Shown here in pieces: positions 21,801 through 31,616 of a stretch of 64,000 nucleotides of DNA. The stretch lies in the UHGV virus genome UHGV-0018629; one strand, given 5' to 3'. This stretch comes from a virus. The notes under the pieces are model-generated. The model was not told where the DNA came from. It worked only from the letters and a program-made list of their open reading frames with translations, and ran no database searches. A program made the position numbers and the translations under genes. How positions within the stretch are numbered: position 1 is the first letter of the stretch; every line of letters starts with the position of its first letter.

Positions 21801-23978
21801 TTAGGCCGCAAGGGCCTTCATAGTTTTAGCGATTTGAGAAACTTCATCATCACTTAAAGAGTTGCGATAACCGATGAAGTCGGAAACAATACGGAATTTC
21901 TTGGTAAACTCAGCAACCATTTTATCACTGTTTTTTGAAGCATTATTTGATAATACATCAAAAAGATTAGTTACTGTCCAGATGTCATGACCGATGGTAC
22001 CTTTTCCACCGTTGAAATATATACCCTGCAATGAACTAACCATATTACCAAGGCGAGTATATTCTTCAGAAACTTCATCTACACTGAAGTACTTCATCAT
22101 AAAATCGAGTTCAGGATACTTAATAATTTTATCAATATATCGTTTAGCTGAACTTGAATAACCTACATACTTATCATAATCTACAGCATCAAAAGCATCT
22201 ACATATAAATCACGCAGAGTTTCAAAAATACATTGGCACTGATCAAGTTCTTTTACCTTTTTCTGCAAAAGCGGACGAATAACATAAAATTCATTAATGC
22301 CAATAAGATTAGCCATACGAATCAAAATATTCATAGATGGATTACAAAGAGATGTAGTACCATCCATAGAGAAAATATCAGAACGATGCATATACGCTAC
22401 ATAACCAGTAATTTCATCTGCTTCTGATGTGAGCGTAAATAGTTCCTCTTTTTCCCAGCGCCCGTCTTTAATTTCAAACTTAAATGCAGTGGCAGCTTTA
22501 GGACGAGGAGCTTTACTTTTAACTACCTTCGGAATATAACTTTTAACTAAAGCTTCAATTTCTGACAAATAATGAATGTTAACTTCATCACTTTCAAACA
22601 TCGCCATAATATCAGGAAGTAAATCAATTTGTGATTCTACTTCTGGATTAATAAACAGAAGACGCTCATTATGATGAATATTTAAAGTGTTATTAAATTC
22701 ACTATCATCTAACGCATGCGCTAATCCACGGACAATATTAACACGATTTTTAATATTATCAATAACGATATTAATTTTTGTTGTATTAATACCGAACAGA
22801 CGATAACTTGATGCAATGGCTGAAGTTTCATGGCTTTGCTTAATGCGTTTCAGTCGAGGGTCAAGATTTACTTCATACACAACTCCTGCATTACATAACT
22901 TACTATCAGGTTCAAACATGCTCTGCATCTTCTTATATGACAGATTTTTAGTCGTGAATTTGACTGAATTACTAATCATATAATCTCGAGCAGAATATCC
23001 CATCTTCATCAATTCACGGTATGTATGACGAGGAGATGTAGATTCTTTAAATCGTTTTACATCTTCATTGAATGCTTTCTCACTAAGCTCTTTAACACGC
23101 TCAATAATATTTTTACGGGTACGATCATCTAGTGAAAGAGCTTCGCGTGATGGAGCAATATCAAGTGAACCCATTGGAAACTTAATGTAATTCACTTCAT
23201 TGCGGATGCTTAACCAGTTACGGTCTCTAATAACACCATCGATAGGATAAACAATACCACCATAGATAGCATACAATCCACCACGATCTGGCCAGTATCT
23301 TTCTGGATTTACGCCGTAATAGTCATCAAAATCCGGAAAATAATCAATTTCGCGGTCAAGACCATTAATAATAGCCAAATCTTTGAATGGTCGCATGATA
23401 TAAGAAACTTCATAAGCAAAGTTTCTAAAGTCTTTTTCTTCAACTGGAACTACAATTTCAATACCAGTTTTATCGTCTGGACCCATTTCCTTTACGAATG
23501 TAGGTTTAATCTGCGGACCATCACCATCCATGTAAGCTACATAACCACGAATTTCACCTTTATGATACGAAGTAATACTAAACGTATCAGTATAACTAAA
23601 TGGAGATTTAGAACCTAAACCAAATCCGCCAATGAAATCATTAGATTCAGCCTTAGATGAACTGAAGTATGAATTATACAGACCAGGAGAATTATCATCA
23701 CCCTGAATATCAAAATCACTCATACCCGGACCAAAATCTCGACAAACAAATCGTGGATCTAATCGTCCTGGAACTTGAATGATAAATTTTTCAGGATTTC
23801 CATTGAGAGCATGGGCATCAATCATGTTAGTAATCAATTCACGAACTACTGCGCGAATCTTGTTTGTATACAAATCAGATGACAGAATTTTAAATACTTT
23901 AGGATTTGCTGCGATGCTAAATGCTTTTGATTTAGAACCATTGCCAAGAATTGTTTCTTTTTCAGTGGTGATAATCAT
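21801..23978 (-). CDS. rIIA: rIIA protein
   Basis: 725-aa [59 protein letters not shown] (GHKL-like ATPase N-terminus); same length as T4 rIIA. Confidence 0.92.
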   Translation of the reverse strand: MIITTEKETILGNGSKSKAFSIAANPKVFKILSSDLYTNKIRAVVRELITNMIDAHALNGNPEKFIIQVPGRLDPRFVCRDFGPGMSDFDIQGDDNSPGLYNSYFSSSKAESNDFIGGFGLGSKSPFSYTDTFSITSYHKGEIRGYVAYMDGDGPQIKPTFVKEMGPDDKTGIEIVVPVEEKDFRNFAYEVSYIMRPFKDLAIINGLDREIDYFPDFDDYYGVNPERYWPDRGGLYAIYGGIVYPIDGVIRDRNWLSIRNEVNYIKFPMGSLDIAPSREALSLDDRTRKNIIERVKELSEKAFNEDVKRFKESTSPRHTYRELMKMGYSARDYMISNSVKFTTKNLSYKKMQSMFEPDSKLCNAGVVYEVNLDPRLKRIKQSHETSAIASSYRLFGINTTKINIVIDNIKNRVNIVRGLAHALDDSEFNNTLNIHHNERLLFINPEVESQIDLLPDIMAMFESDEVNIHYLSEIEALVKSYIPKVVKSKAPRPKAATAFKFEIKDGRWEKEELFTLTSEADEITGYVAYMHRSDIFSMDGTTSLCNPSMNILIRMANLIGINEFYVIRPLLQKKVKELDQCQCIFETLRDLYVDAFDAVDYDKYVGYSSSAKRYIDKIIKYPELDFMMKYFSVDEVSEEYTRLGNMVSSLQGIYFNGGKGTIGHDIWTVTNLFDVLSNNASKNSDKMVAEFTKKFRIVSDFIGYRNSLSDDEVSQIAKTMKALAA

Positions 23979-23988
23979 AATTTCCTCA

Positions 23989-24192
23989 TTAATTCATATT
24001 ACGTTTAATAACTTCGGCAACTTCTAGTAGTTCATCTTTAGTTGCGGTATCGGATTGAATTTTATCTCTAATATCCTTAAAGCGGTTTTTAAATTCTTCG
24101 GCTTCTCCCATATCGAAAAAGCGTTGAATGATTCTATATTCTCGATGAACTGCTTTATCAAAAAGTTCTAAATTTACTCTATATGATTTCAT
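23989..24192 (-). CDS. hypothetical protein (rIIA.1-like position)
   Basis: 67-aa [49 protein letters not shown]... with SD GAGGA. Confidence 0.55.
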   Translation of the reverse strand: MKSYRVNLELFDKAVHREYRIIQRFFDMGEAEEFKNRFKDIRDKIQSDTATKDELLEVAEVIKRNMN

Positions 24193-24208
24193 TTCAATAT
24201 CCTCATTT

Positions 24209-24238
24209 GCCCAATTAATTGTACCACATCCTTGTGGT
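24209..24238 (-). promoter_or_regulatory. T4 early-type promoter upstream of rIIA.1/rIIA
   Basis: Minus strand GTTTAC-17/18nt-TGGTACAAT. Confidence 0.45.
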
Positions 24239-24246
24239 AAAGTAAA

Positions 24247-26064
24247 CTACTGGCTCATCCATTCTTTACGAAGGTCAGCATTATCTCCCATGAGCATTTC
24301 AAAAAGTTCTTTCCAATTCTCAGGAAGTTTAACAACATCATATACTGGATTTTGAATCATCTCACGATATTCAGATTTTTCCAAAGAGCCAAGTCCTTTA
24401 ATATAACGGATGCTATGTTTAGGTAGAGCATCTTTGGCACTCTCATATTCAGCGACTGTATAAAACCATTCTTGTTTTTTACCGACCTGAGCGATGATTA
24501 CAGGAGTTTTGACAAAGCGAATTCTTCCTTGCTCAAACAATTCTGGCCAATTACTAAAAAATCCGAGCAGAGAAGGATAAATGCTTCCTAGACCATCATG
24601 GTCAGCATCAGTCATAATAGCGATATTATGATAATTCAAGTTTTCAGCTTTTTCGCCAAGAACTAGACCAGTGATTGCGCAAATATCAAATAGTTCTTTG
24701 TTTTTAAGCATGTCAGCATATGACATACCCCAACTGTTGAGAACTTTACCACGCAATGGATAACCACCATGAAGTTCTTTATCACGAACATCAATAAGAT
24801 ATCCGATAGCAGAATCACCCTCAGTCAAGAAAAGAGTAGTGTCAGCATCTTTACCGCAAAGATTCGCTTTGATATGTTTATGAACCTTAGCTTTAGAAGC
24901 CTTTTTAGCTGCCTTTGTTTCTGCTGCTTTTTCTGCCGCCAATTTACGAGCCAAAGCAGCTTCAATAATCGGCATCAGAATTGCTTCATTATTTAGAATA
25001 GCACGTGAAATCTTTTTAGCATCAAGCTGAATATGACTACGGATTTCACCAAATGGAGAAGTCAAACGCTCTTTAGTTTGAGAATCAAATCGCATGTTTT
25101 TCATATCACGAACAAACATGACGATAGTCAAACATTCTTTAACACGTGCTTTAGTTACATCAATTTTGAACTTGCGTTTGATTTGTGGAATAAGGTCTTC
25201 ACAAATATCATCCATAACACAGTCAATGTGATGGCCACCATTCTTAGTATGAATGTTATTGACGTATGTTAATTGACGAAAACCATCCGGTGAACGACCA
25301 ACCGCAATAGAACAATTTTCTTGTTCTTGAACAATAGCATGCTCATCATATTGGCGTGCATATTTCTTAAAATTGCCCTGAACCTTTTTACCATTAAAGG
25401 TAAATTGAATATCAGGATAAACAACAGCAAGTGTCTGGAGACGATCTAATGTAATGTCAAGATAAACTTGGGACAGCTCATTAGTTTCAAATGACATAAA
25501 ATCAGGAATGAAAGTAACACGGGTTCCTTTCCATTTTCCAGGAATATCTTCCCATGATTTATTTTCCATGCCATTTGAGCAACGAACTACAATATTATTT
25601 TGACCATCGCCAGTTTCACCGACAAACATCACAGAAAAAATGTTTGTCAAACTAGAACCAACACCATTCATACCACCAGTGACGCGTTCTTTATCATCAC
25701 CGAAGTTACCACCTGCTTTTGGAATAGTCCATGCGGCAACAGGACCAGGAATTTCTTCACCGGTAGGTGTTTTAACCATCGCTTGTGGAATACCACGACC
25801 GTTATCTTCAACTGTTACTTGATTGTTTTTAATAGTAACATTAATTTTATTCGCGAATTTAAACTTAGTACGAATACCTTCATCTACTGAGTTATCGATA
25901 ATTTCATCAATAAGCTTAACAAGACCAGGTACATACTGAACACTTTCCCATTTACCAAACAGAAAGCGCTCATGCATTTCATTAGCTGAAGAGCCAATGT
26001 ACATGCCGCTACGCTTTTTGATATGTTCAATATCGCTCAGAATTTTAATTTCATTCTTAATCAT
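24247..26064 (-). CDS. 39: DNA topoisomerase II large subunit, undivided gp39 (GyrB-like ATPase + Toprim)
   Basis: ORF-track start 26067 is GTG; ATG at 26064 gives 605 aa MIKNEIKILSDIEHIKKRSGMYIGS...; one continuous ORF covers what T4 splits into genes 39 and 60. Confidence 0.9.
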   Translation of the reverse strand: MIKNEIKILSDIEHIKKRSGMYIGSSANEMHERFLFGKWESVQYVPGLVKLIDEIIDNSVDEGIRTKFKFANKINVTIKNNQVTVEDNGRGIPQAMVKTPTGEEIPGPVAAWTIPKAGGNFGDDKERVTGGMNGVGSSLTNIFSVMFVGETGDGQNNIVVRCSNGMENKSWEDIPGKWKGTRVTFIPDFMSFETNELSQVYLDITLDRLQTLAVVYPDIQFTFNGKKVQGNFKKYARQYDEHAIVQEQENCSIAVGRSPDGFRQLTYVNNIHTKNGGHHIDCVMDDICEDLIPQIKRKFKIDVTKARVKECLTIVMFVRDMKNMRFDSQTKERLTSPFGEIRSHIQLDAKKISRAILNNEAILMPIIEAALARKLAAEKAAETKAAKKASKAKVHKHIKANLCGKDADTTLFLTEGDSAIGYLIDVRDKELHGGYPLRGKVLNSWGMSYADMLKNKELFDICAITGLVLGEKAENLNYHNIAIMTDADHDGLGSIYPSLLGFFSNWPELFEQGRIRFVKTPVIIAQVGKKQEWFYTVAEYESAKDALPKHSIRYIKGLGSLEKSEYREMIQNPVYDVVKLPENWKELFEMLMGDNADLRKEWMSQ

Positions 26065-26133
26065 CACTTATCCTCGTTTGGTTTCGGGAATATTATACTC
26101 CGGCAATCATAAAGCTAAAGGCCCGAAGGCCTT

Positions 26134-26394
26134 TTATTTAAAACGAATAGTCGAATCCTTAAAGAACAGCCCAGAACACACAGTTCCTTCTACTTTCTGC
26201 CCAGTAGGTCCAATAGCACGAAATCCAGTATGTTGGAAATCATTTTCAGAGCAACCGAACCAGTTATATCCGGTGATTTCAATATTAGTAAAACCACTTG
26301 AAGACAAAACTTTAGTTGCATTATCAGCATCAGTACATCCTACTAAAGATACTGCTAATACTAATGCTGCGATAGAACGATTAATATATTTCAT
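26134..26394 (-). CDS. predicted lipoprotein (86 aa)
   Basis: ORF-track start 26406 is TTG; ATG at 26394 gives MKYINRSIAALVLAVSLVGC... (signal peptide with lipobox LVGC). Confidence 0.5.
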   Translation of the reverse strand: MKYINRSIAALVLAVSLVGCTDADNATKVLSSSGFTNIEITGYNWFGCSENDFQHTGFRAIGPTGQKVEGTVCSGLFFKDSTIRFK

Positions 26395-26398
26395 AATT

Positions 26399-26773
26399 TC
26401 ACTCAAATTTAATGGCTTGAAGAAGACTAATAATTCTCAAGCGACTTCTTTCATCTTTAACTGTAAAAGAAAGAGGGTCACCAGATTTCATAGTGATAGT
26501 GCATTCAAAATCAAAATTTTCGGGAACTTCTTCGAAGAAGTCAGATTCTTCATCATAAATTAGAACTTCACTCCGCAGACTGTGAAGAATTTTTCCAGCA
26601 TTTCTGCTAGTTGCTGTACTAATCATCGTAACATTACGACCTTTCATATCTTCAACGATAAATTCGTTTGTAGATATTACAGCATTAATAGAACCATTCC
26701 TGTAAATAGCAGACATTAGATATTTCTTTTCTTCGCCTTCGCGAATGCGATATTTCTTACCGATTTTAAACAT
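26399..26773 (-). CDS. hypothetical protein (124 aa)
   Basis: ORF MFKIGKKYRIREGEEKKYLMSAIYRNGSINAVISTNEFIVEDMKGR... Confidence 0.5.
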   Translation of the reverse strand: MFKIGKKYRIREGEEKKYLMSAIYRNGSINAVISTNEFIVEDMKGRNVTMISTATSRNAGKILHSLRSEVLIYDEESDFFEEVPENFDFECTITMKSGDPLSFTVKDERSRLRIISLLQAIKFE

Positions 26774-26775
26774 AA

Positions 26776-26952
26776 TTATCCTTTAAGTAAGTCGTAAAAT
26801 CCACCATTCACATGCTTAGGAGCAGAAGCCCGACGAGTAGACAAACGATGACATTTAGGGCAAACATCATTTTCTCGTTCAGAAATCTTTTTAATTTTTT
26901 CATATTCATGCCCGCAATCTTCGGATTGGCATTTATAATCATACATTGGCAT
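26776..26952 (-). CDS. hypothetical zinc-ribbon protein (58 aa, FmdB-like CxxC..CxxC)
   Basis: Unlisted ORF MPMYDYKCQSEDCGHEYEKIKKISERENDVCPKCHRLSTRRASAPKHVNGGFYDLLKG. Confidence 0.45.
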   Translation of the reverse strand: MPMYDYKCQSEDCGHEYEKIKKISERENDVCPKCHRLSTRRASAPKHVNGGFYDLLKG

Positions 26953-26954
26953 AA

Positions 26955-27380
26955 TTATTCCTTAAAGTGTGCTTTCAACATCTGATACAAGGACCATGCC
27001 TGTTCATTATTTTCAATAGTAACTTTCATGACAGGAAATGCTGTGAAATCTTCTATTTGTTCTTGCTCTTTCTCTTCCTGCTCTTGCTCTTCAGCTGCCT
27101 GATATGGATTTTCCACTTCATCAAAGAACCCAGCTTCGTTAGTAGAAAGCCAGATAAAGTTTTCGTCAAGGATATCCCCATGTGTTGCATATCCAACTGT
27201 GCCAGTAGATGTCACAATTTTAGTAGGACGACCAAGATGGTCAACATCTAAAATTTTAAAAGGATGCATACCTAAACGTCGTGCATAAATTCCGTTATCA
27301 GTATGGTCTTTAATAAAATTTTCTTGAGCTTGTTTATTTTTAAATTGATACCATTTATTAACTTCAAATTTAATAGCCAT
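26955..27380 (-). CDS. goF: GoF-like protein (141 aa; T4 goF position and size)
   Basis: [44 protein letters not shown]...; acidic [12 protein letters not shown] stretch. Confidence 0.5.
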   Translation of the reverse strand: MAIKFEVNKWYQFKNKQAQENFIKDHTDNGIYARRLGMHPFKILDVDHLGRPTKIVTSTGTVGYATHGDILDENFIWLSTNEAGFFDEVENPYQAAEEQEQEEKEQEQIEDFTAFPVMKVTIENNEQAWSLYQMLKAHFKE

Positions 27381-27595
27381 TAATAAATTTCCTTCCAGTA
27401 AGTTGTGCCATCTTCAGTAATTTCACGAAATACACCGTAAATTGGTTGTTTATCACCAACCTTTTCATACACATAAACCGAAGTCAAGTGAGTAAACTTA
27501 GCAGTGTGTTCCTTTTGAACTACTACCAAATCTGGATCGAATAATACATCTTCAAATTCGTCGTTGGTGCAATTCTGAACAGTTTTACGTTTCAT
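27380..27595 (-). CDS. cef: Cef-like protein (71 aa; T4 cef position and size)
   Basis: [74 protein letters not shown]. Confidence 0.5.
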   Translation of the reverse strand: MKRKTVQNCTNDEFEDVLFDPDLVVVQKEHTAKFTHLTSVYVYEKVGDKQPIYGVFREITEDGTTYWKEIY

Positions 27596-27608
27596 TACAA
27601 TTTCCTCA

Positions 27609-27890
27609 TTAATTGAACAGTGGAGCGATGCGTTTCAGAAGAGTAGCAGCACCTTTGGCGAATTTTACATCATGAAAAACAGTTTCTTCTTCCGTTACAA
27701 CACGAGCTTTAATGTTTTCACAATCCCAATTTTTACGAACAATCTTCAAAAGCTGCAGTAAATCTTTGCATTCAGCAATATCGATAACACATCCACGAGA
27801 ATCTTCCATTATCGCACGATAACCGTAAGCCATACCATAATCGTTGAAAGATTGTTCGATGATAATTAAGTTTTCCATTTTATTCTCCAA
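27609..27890 (-). CDS. hypothetical protein (93 aa)
   Basis: ORF MENKMENLIIIEQSFNDYGMAYGYRAIMEDSRGCVIDIAECKDLL... with early promoter upstream. Confidence 0.5.
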   Translation of the reverse strand: MENKMENLIIIEQSFNDYGMAYGYRAIMEDSRGCVIDIAECKDLLQLLKIVRKNWDCENIKARVVTEEETVFHDVKFAKGAATLLKRIAPLFN

Positions 27891-27921
27891 GTTGTTTTCT
27901 GTATCAGTAGTTGATATTGAT

Positions 27922-27950
27922 ATAGTACCATAATCAACTACTGATGTATA
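27922..27950 (-). promoter_or_regulatory. T4 early-type promoter (weaker -35 TATACA, -10 TGGTACTAT)
   Basis: Same repeat family as the other early promoters, 17-nt spacer. Confidence 0.4.
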
Positions 27951-27975
27951 TAGTTTTATGAAAAAATTTTAAACT

Positions 27976-28473
27976 TTATGCATAGCGAGCTTTGCTATAA
28001 TGTTTAATCCAGCTTTCAGGAATGACTTTGTATGTTCCTAAAAATACTGCGTTGTACAACTTAACGCCATCTTCTACCCACTGATCGGTAATGTATGCAC
28101 ACATAGCGCGAGTACGGTGTTTTTGAACAACCCCTTCCTCATCTTCAGTAAATTCGAATTCATAAGGAGCAACGAACTTAATAGCTTGACCGAGTTTCCA
28201 CTTAAAGTCTATACCTACATGTGAAGTATCAATCGTTTCAATTCCTTTAGCAGGAACAGCTTTCAAAAACGCAGATTCAAGAAATTTCGCGCGAACATAA
28301 CCAAACTGAGGTTTAGACTTTCCATCTTTAGGAATGATACGAACTTTTACTTCAGAATCTTCATCTTTAACACCATGCTTAAGCTGAATGCTTACAATTT
28401 CGACCAATTTTCCTGCTGCTTTAGAACGGGATTTATCAGATACACGAGCAATTTCACCAATATTAATAATCAT
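27976..28473 (-). CDS. hypothetical early protein (MotB-like position, 165 aa)
   Basis: ORF MIINIGEIARVSDKSRSKAAGKLVEIVSIQLKHGVKDEDSEVKVRIIPKDGK...; lysine-rich. Confidence 0.45.
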   Translation of the reverse strand: MIINIGEIARVSDKSRSKAAGKLVEIVSIQLKHGVKDEDSEVKVRIIPKDGKSKPQFGYVRAKFLESAFLKAVPAKGIETIDTSHVGIDFKWKLGQAIKFVAPYEFEFTEDEEGVVQKHRTRAMCAYITDQWVEDGVKLYNAVFLGTYKVIPESWIKHYSKARYA

Positions 28474-28517
28474 AGTTATCTCTCACTTGTTAAAAAGATT
28501 TTATACTCCACGGGACC

Positions 28518-28547
28518 ATTATACTCTGGTCCCAAGAGTTTGTAAAC
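28518..28547 (-). promoter_or_regulatory. T4 early-type promoter with consensus -10 TATAAT
   Basis: Minus strand GTTTACA-17nt-TATAAT; -10 flanked by inverted repeat GGGACC...GGTCCC. Confidence 0.5.
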
Positions 28548-28570
28548 TATTAATTCAAAATAGCTACTTT

Positions 28571-29254
28571 TTATCGTTTTGTTGGAAGAGACAGAGGATC
28601 GCACTCTTCCTCTGACGGAGCATCTTCAAGACCCATAGCATACCGCAAAGCATACTTCATCATCAGGATGTCTTTCGCACAGTCATGAATAGAATCATGT
28701 GCAACGAATCCATCTAAAGTTCCCTTTGGAAGAGGACATGTAGTCATATCACGAACAAGCAGAAGTGCTTCAATTCTGGTACGAATATCACGCTGATTCC
28801 AGAATTTACATGGTTCTAACTTAAATGTATCAAGCTCATTCTCGGAAACGCCATTAAGACGTTGAATATCACGAATGAGATCAACTAAAATTGGAAAATC
28901 AAACGACATTCCACGACACCAGCCTTGAGATTTCCAAGGATCGATATTATGCGCATTGATATAATCATTAAATTTTGCAATACCGTCGATAGTGCTTACA
29001 TCTTCATCTGATGGCGCAATATTTTTTCGAGCTTCAGGAGATTGATTTTTCCACCATTCGATAGTGCTTTTAGTAAAAAGACGATGTCCTTTTTGGCTTT
29101 TTAAATCAAACTTGATTTTAATGCCGCGTGAAACTAATTCATCAAATGTTTCAACTACTTCTGGATTAGGGTCAAAGGCAATAACAGCCAAATCAATAAC
29201 AGCTGCCTTTTCACCGCTTCCCATTGTTTCAAAATCTATAATAAAATCAAACAT
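28571..29254 (-). CDS. dexA: exonuclease A DexA (DEDDh 3'-5' exonuclease)
   Basis: 227-aa ORF MFDFIIDFETMGSGEKAAVIDLAVIAF... (Exo I motif DFET); same length as T4 DexA. Confidence 0.88.
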   Translation of the reverse strand: MFDFIIDFETMGSGEKAAVIDLAVIAFDPNPEVVETFDELVSRGIKIKFDLKSQKGHRLFTKSTIEWWKNQSPEARKNIAPSDEDVSTIDGIAKFNDYINAHNIDPWKSQGWCRGMSFDFPILVDLIRDIQRLNGVSENELDTFKLEPCKFWNQRDIRTRIEALLLVRDMTTCPLPKGTLDGFVAHDSIHDCAKDILMMKYALRYAMGLEDAPSEEECDPLSLPTKR

Positions 29255-29529
29255 TAAATTTTCCTCGCTAAATCGCGAATTTGACCTACAGTATAATCTT
29301 GGATATAAACTTTATTAATGGGCTCATCAATAAATTTTGCCATAGATTCAATATCTTTTTGTATCTCTTCAAGACTGTATACTATCTTTAAAGCTTTTTC
29401 GCGAATAGTAACATTATCAGGTCCTGAATTTTCTTGGATGACAGCTTTAACATTTGTCATAAGAGATTTAAACTGCTGCAAACTTAATTCAATCATTAAT
29501 AACCGCCTTATAAAGATGGCTAATTTCAC
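29254..29529 (-). CDS. hypothetical protein (91 aa)
   Basis: ORF between dexA and dda; ATG overlaps upstream stop. Confidence 0.5.
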   Translation of the reverse strand: MKLAIFIRRLLMIELSLQQFKSLMTNVKAVIQENSGPDNVTIREKALKIVYSLEEIQKDIESMAKFIDEPINKVYIQDYTVGQIRDLARKI

Positions 29530-29749
29530 CTAAAACATAATCACTGATTGTAACAGTTTTCACTTCGCCACAAAAGAATTCTAACGCAATCAAATCTCGT
29601 TCAATTTCTTCCAATTGAAGCATTAACTTGCCTGATTCAGTTTTCACGTTTTTGCGATTTTTACTATAAGCTATTTCATAAATTTCGCTCACTTTATCTT
29701 GAAGCAGATAAAACTGATCTTTAGTTATTTCCACGAATAGCTTCCTCAA
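29489..29749 (-). CDS. hypothetical protein (86 aa)
   Basis: ORF MRKLFVEITKDQFYLLQDKVSEIYEIAYSKNRKNVKTESGKLMLQLEEIERDL... Confidence 0.45.
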   Translation of the reverse strand: MRKLFVEITKDQFYLLQDKVSEIYEIAYSKNRKNVKTESGKLMLQLEEIERDLIALEFFCGEVKTVTISDYVLGEISHLYKAVIND

Positions 29750-29981
29750 ATTTAATCAGCAACTTACAGACACTTTCATCTAATGTAATTACCGTATCTG
29801 TATTACTGTGATATGATTGTTTTTCAATTCGTTTAATTGCTAGTATAGTATCACTTATAAGATTAAGCTTATAAAGGAGCTCAGCTCCTGTTACCATAAC
29901 ACTGAGGTTATCTTGCTTATCAGTATGCTTCTTTATACTATCTATTAGACGATTTAAATATTTTGAATTGATGTTAATCAT
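29721..29981 (-). CDS. hypothetical protein (86 aa)
   Basis: ORF MININSKYLNRLIDSIKKHTDKQDNLSVMVTGAELLYKLNLISDTILAIKRIEKQ...; resembles its downstream neighbour in size and helical character. Confidence 0.45.
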   Translation of the reverse strand: MININSKYLNRLIDSIKKHTDKQDNLSVMVTGAELLYKLNLISDTILAIKRIEKQSYHSNTDTVITLDESVCKLLIKFEEAIRGNN

Positions 29982-29987
29982 ATATCC

Positions 29988-31307
29988 TCACACATAAAAC
30001 ACATCATAACGACCACGAGTGACACCAACATAAAGAAGCTGCTGAGCCAATTCAGCATCTGCATAATGAATACAAGGCGTATAGATGAAAGCACGGTCTA
30101 CAGACATGCCCTGTGCTTTATGGAATGTTGATGCAGGAAGTGCTTTCACTTTACTAAACTGTGATTTAGCATCCCAAAAATCACTCCACGGAGCTTTTCC
30201 GCCCTTATTCCAATTTTTATAAGTTTCTGCCGTTTTACCTAAAAATAAGTTAAACTTATACAGCTCTTCATCGGATGAAATTATTTTAATCTTTTCACGA
30301 TAATATTCATCATCGCCGTAAGTTTCTACTGTTAAATCCCAATGACGAATTAAGTATTCTCCAGAAACACCACGAGCTTTAACAAATGTTGATGTATACT
30401 CTGCTTCTATAATACGAACTAATTGTCCGTTATTAAAAATAATTTCTGACACAGGCTTTCCATCAATTTTATATGTTTTAATTAATGGTTCCTGCATTAC
30501 AATAATTTCACCGACGATAAAATCTTTATCAGTTTCAAAAATCTTTTTGCGAATAATACTATTTAACTTGTCGACAGATTTATTCGTAAATGCCATTACG
30601 CGATTTTCAAACAAATCATCTAGTGATTTTACGATTGAAAAATAATTTACCATAAAATCGCGTAAAGCGGTATCACCAGTAAATCCACGTACTCCATGCC
30701 CGTCAACAACTTTATCATAAATCCACTTACCGTTACGAACATCAGTAGCTACATCAATAATAGGAGCATTACTGCGTTTAACTTCAGTGAGTTCACACTG
30801 ATAAAAATCTTTATGTGTAAAGAATGGACTGATATAAGCAGTGTTTTCTCCTGGGTCAACAGGTCTAATTTGCTTATTATCCCCTATTCCAATTATAGTA
30901 CACCATGGCGGGATAGTTGAAAGTAGAATTTTGAATAGCTTTCTATCATACATTGACACTTCGTCGCAGATTAATACTCTGCATTTAGCTAAATCCGGTA
31001 CTTCTTTTTGTTCAAAAAGAACGTTTTCTTCATATGTTACTGGGTTAATTTTAAGAATACTGTGAATAGTACTCGCTTCTTTCCCTGACAGTTTTGAAAG
31101 AATCTTTTTAGCTGCATGAGTAGGAGCTGCTAAAATAATACCAGTTTCGCCTGTAGATATTAAGGCTTCAATGATGAACTTAGTAAGAGTAGTCTTACCA
31201 GTACCAGCAGGTCCATTAATAGTTACATGATGTTTCTTTTCTTTAATAGCCCTCATAACGATGTTAAAGGCATTTTTCTGGCCTTCTGTCAAATCATCAA
31301 ATGTCAT
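29988..31307 (-). CDS. dda: Dda DNA helicase (SF1B)
   Basis: 439-aa ORF with Walker A GPAGTGKTT and DEVSM motif; same length as T4 Dda. Confidence 0.92.
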   Translation of the reverse strand: MTFDDLTEGQKNAFNIVMRAIKEKKHHVTINGPAGTGKTTLTKFIIEALISTGETGIILAAPTHAAKKILSKLSGKEASTIHSILKINPVTYEENVLFEQKEVPDLAKCRVLICDEVSMYDRKLFKILLSTIPPWCTIIGIGDNKQIRPVDPGENTAYISPFFTHKDFYQCELTEVKRSNAPIIDVATDVRNGKWIYDKVVDGHGVRGFTGDTALRDFMVNYFSIVKSLDDLFENRVMAFTNKSVDKLNSIIRKKIFETDKDFIVGEIIVMQEPLIKTYKIDGKPVSEIIFNNGQLVRIIEAEYTSTFVKARGVSGEYLIRHWDLTVETYGDDEYYREKIKIISSDEELYKFNLFLGKTAETYKNWNKGGKAPWSDFWDAKSQFSKVKALPASTFHKAQGMSVDRAFIYTPCIHYADAELAQQLLYVGVTRGRYDVFYV

Positions 31308-31615
31308 CGTAAATTCCCTGCAATTGGTATACTAACAATACGCCCAGTATCTAAAATTCGCCGATATAATCTTTGTGTGTCTACATCAGGCTTAACATGT
31401 TTAACTTCTATTTTATTAAACCAAAACTTGCGTGGAGTCTCAACTAATCTCGGAATTCCCATACCTAAAGCTAGTCGATACTGATCTTTAAGAGTGGTAA
31501 ATACTTTATCAGCAATCTCCCTTTCAAAAAATACAGCAGGGCGATGTTCATCAAGCGGAACTGGCACTGCAAATCCATCTTTGTCTCTATACACTATCGC
31601 ATATACATAAAACAT
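31304..31615 (-). CDS. hypothetical protein (dda.1-like position, 103 aa)
   Basis: ORF MFYVYAIVYRDKDGFAVPVPLDEHRPAVFFEREIADKVFTTLKDQYRLALGMGIPRL... Confidence 0.5.
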   Translation of the reverse strand: MFYVYAIVYRDKDGFAVPVPLDEHRPAVFFEREIADKVFTTLKDQYRLALGMGIPRLVETPRKFWFNKIEVKHVKPDVDTQRLYRRILDTGRIVSIPIAGNLR

Positions 31616-31616
31616 A

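Noticed and set aside
24247-26064. Gene 60 translational bypass (50-nt hop) and mobA insertion
   Set aside because: Looked for because T4 has them; the frame is continuous for 605 codons, so they are absent here.
26967-27251. Plus-strand ORF inside the goF-like gene, and similar antisense ORFs (15661..15858, 16947..17453, 25033..25890, 45322..46500, 49758..50174)
   Set aside because: All are antisense to strongly supported minus-strand genes and lack ribosome-binding sites.
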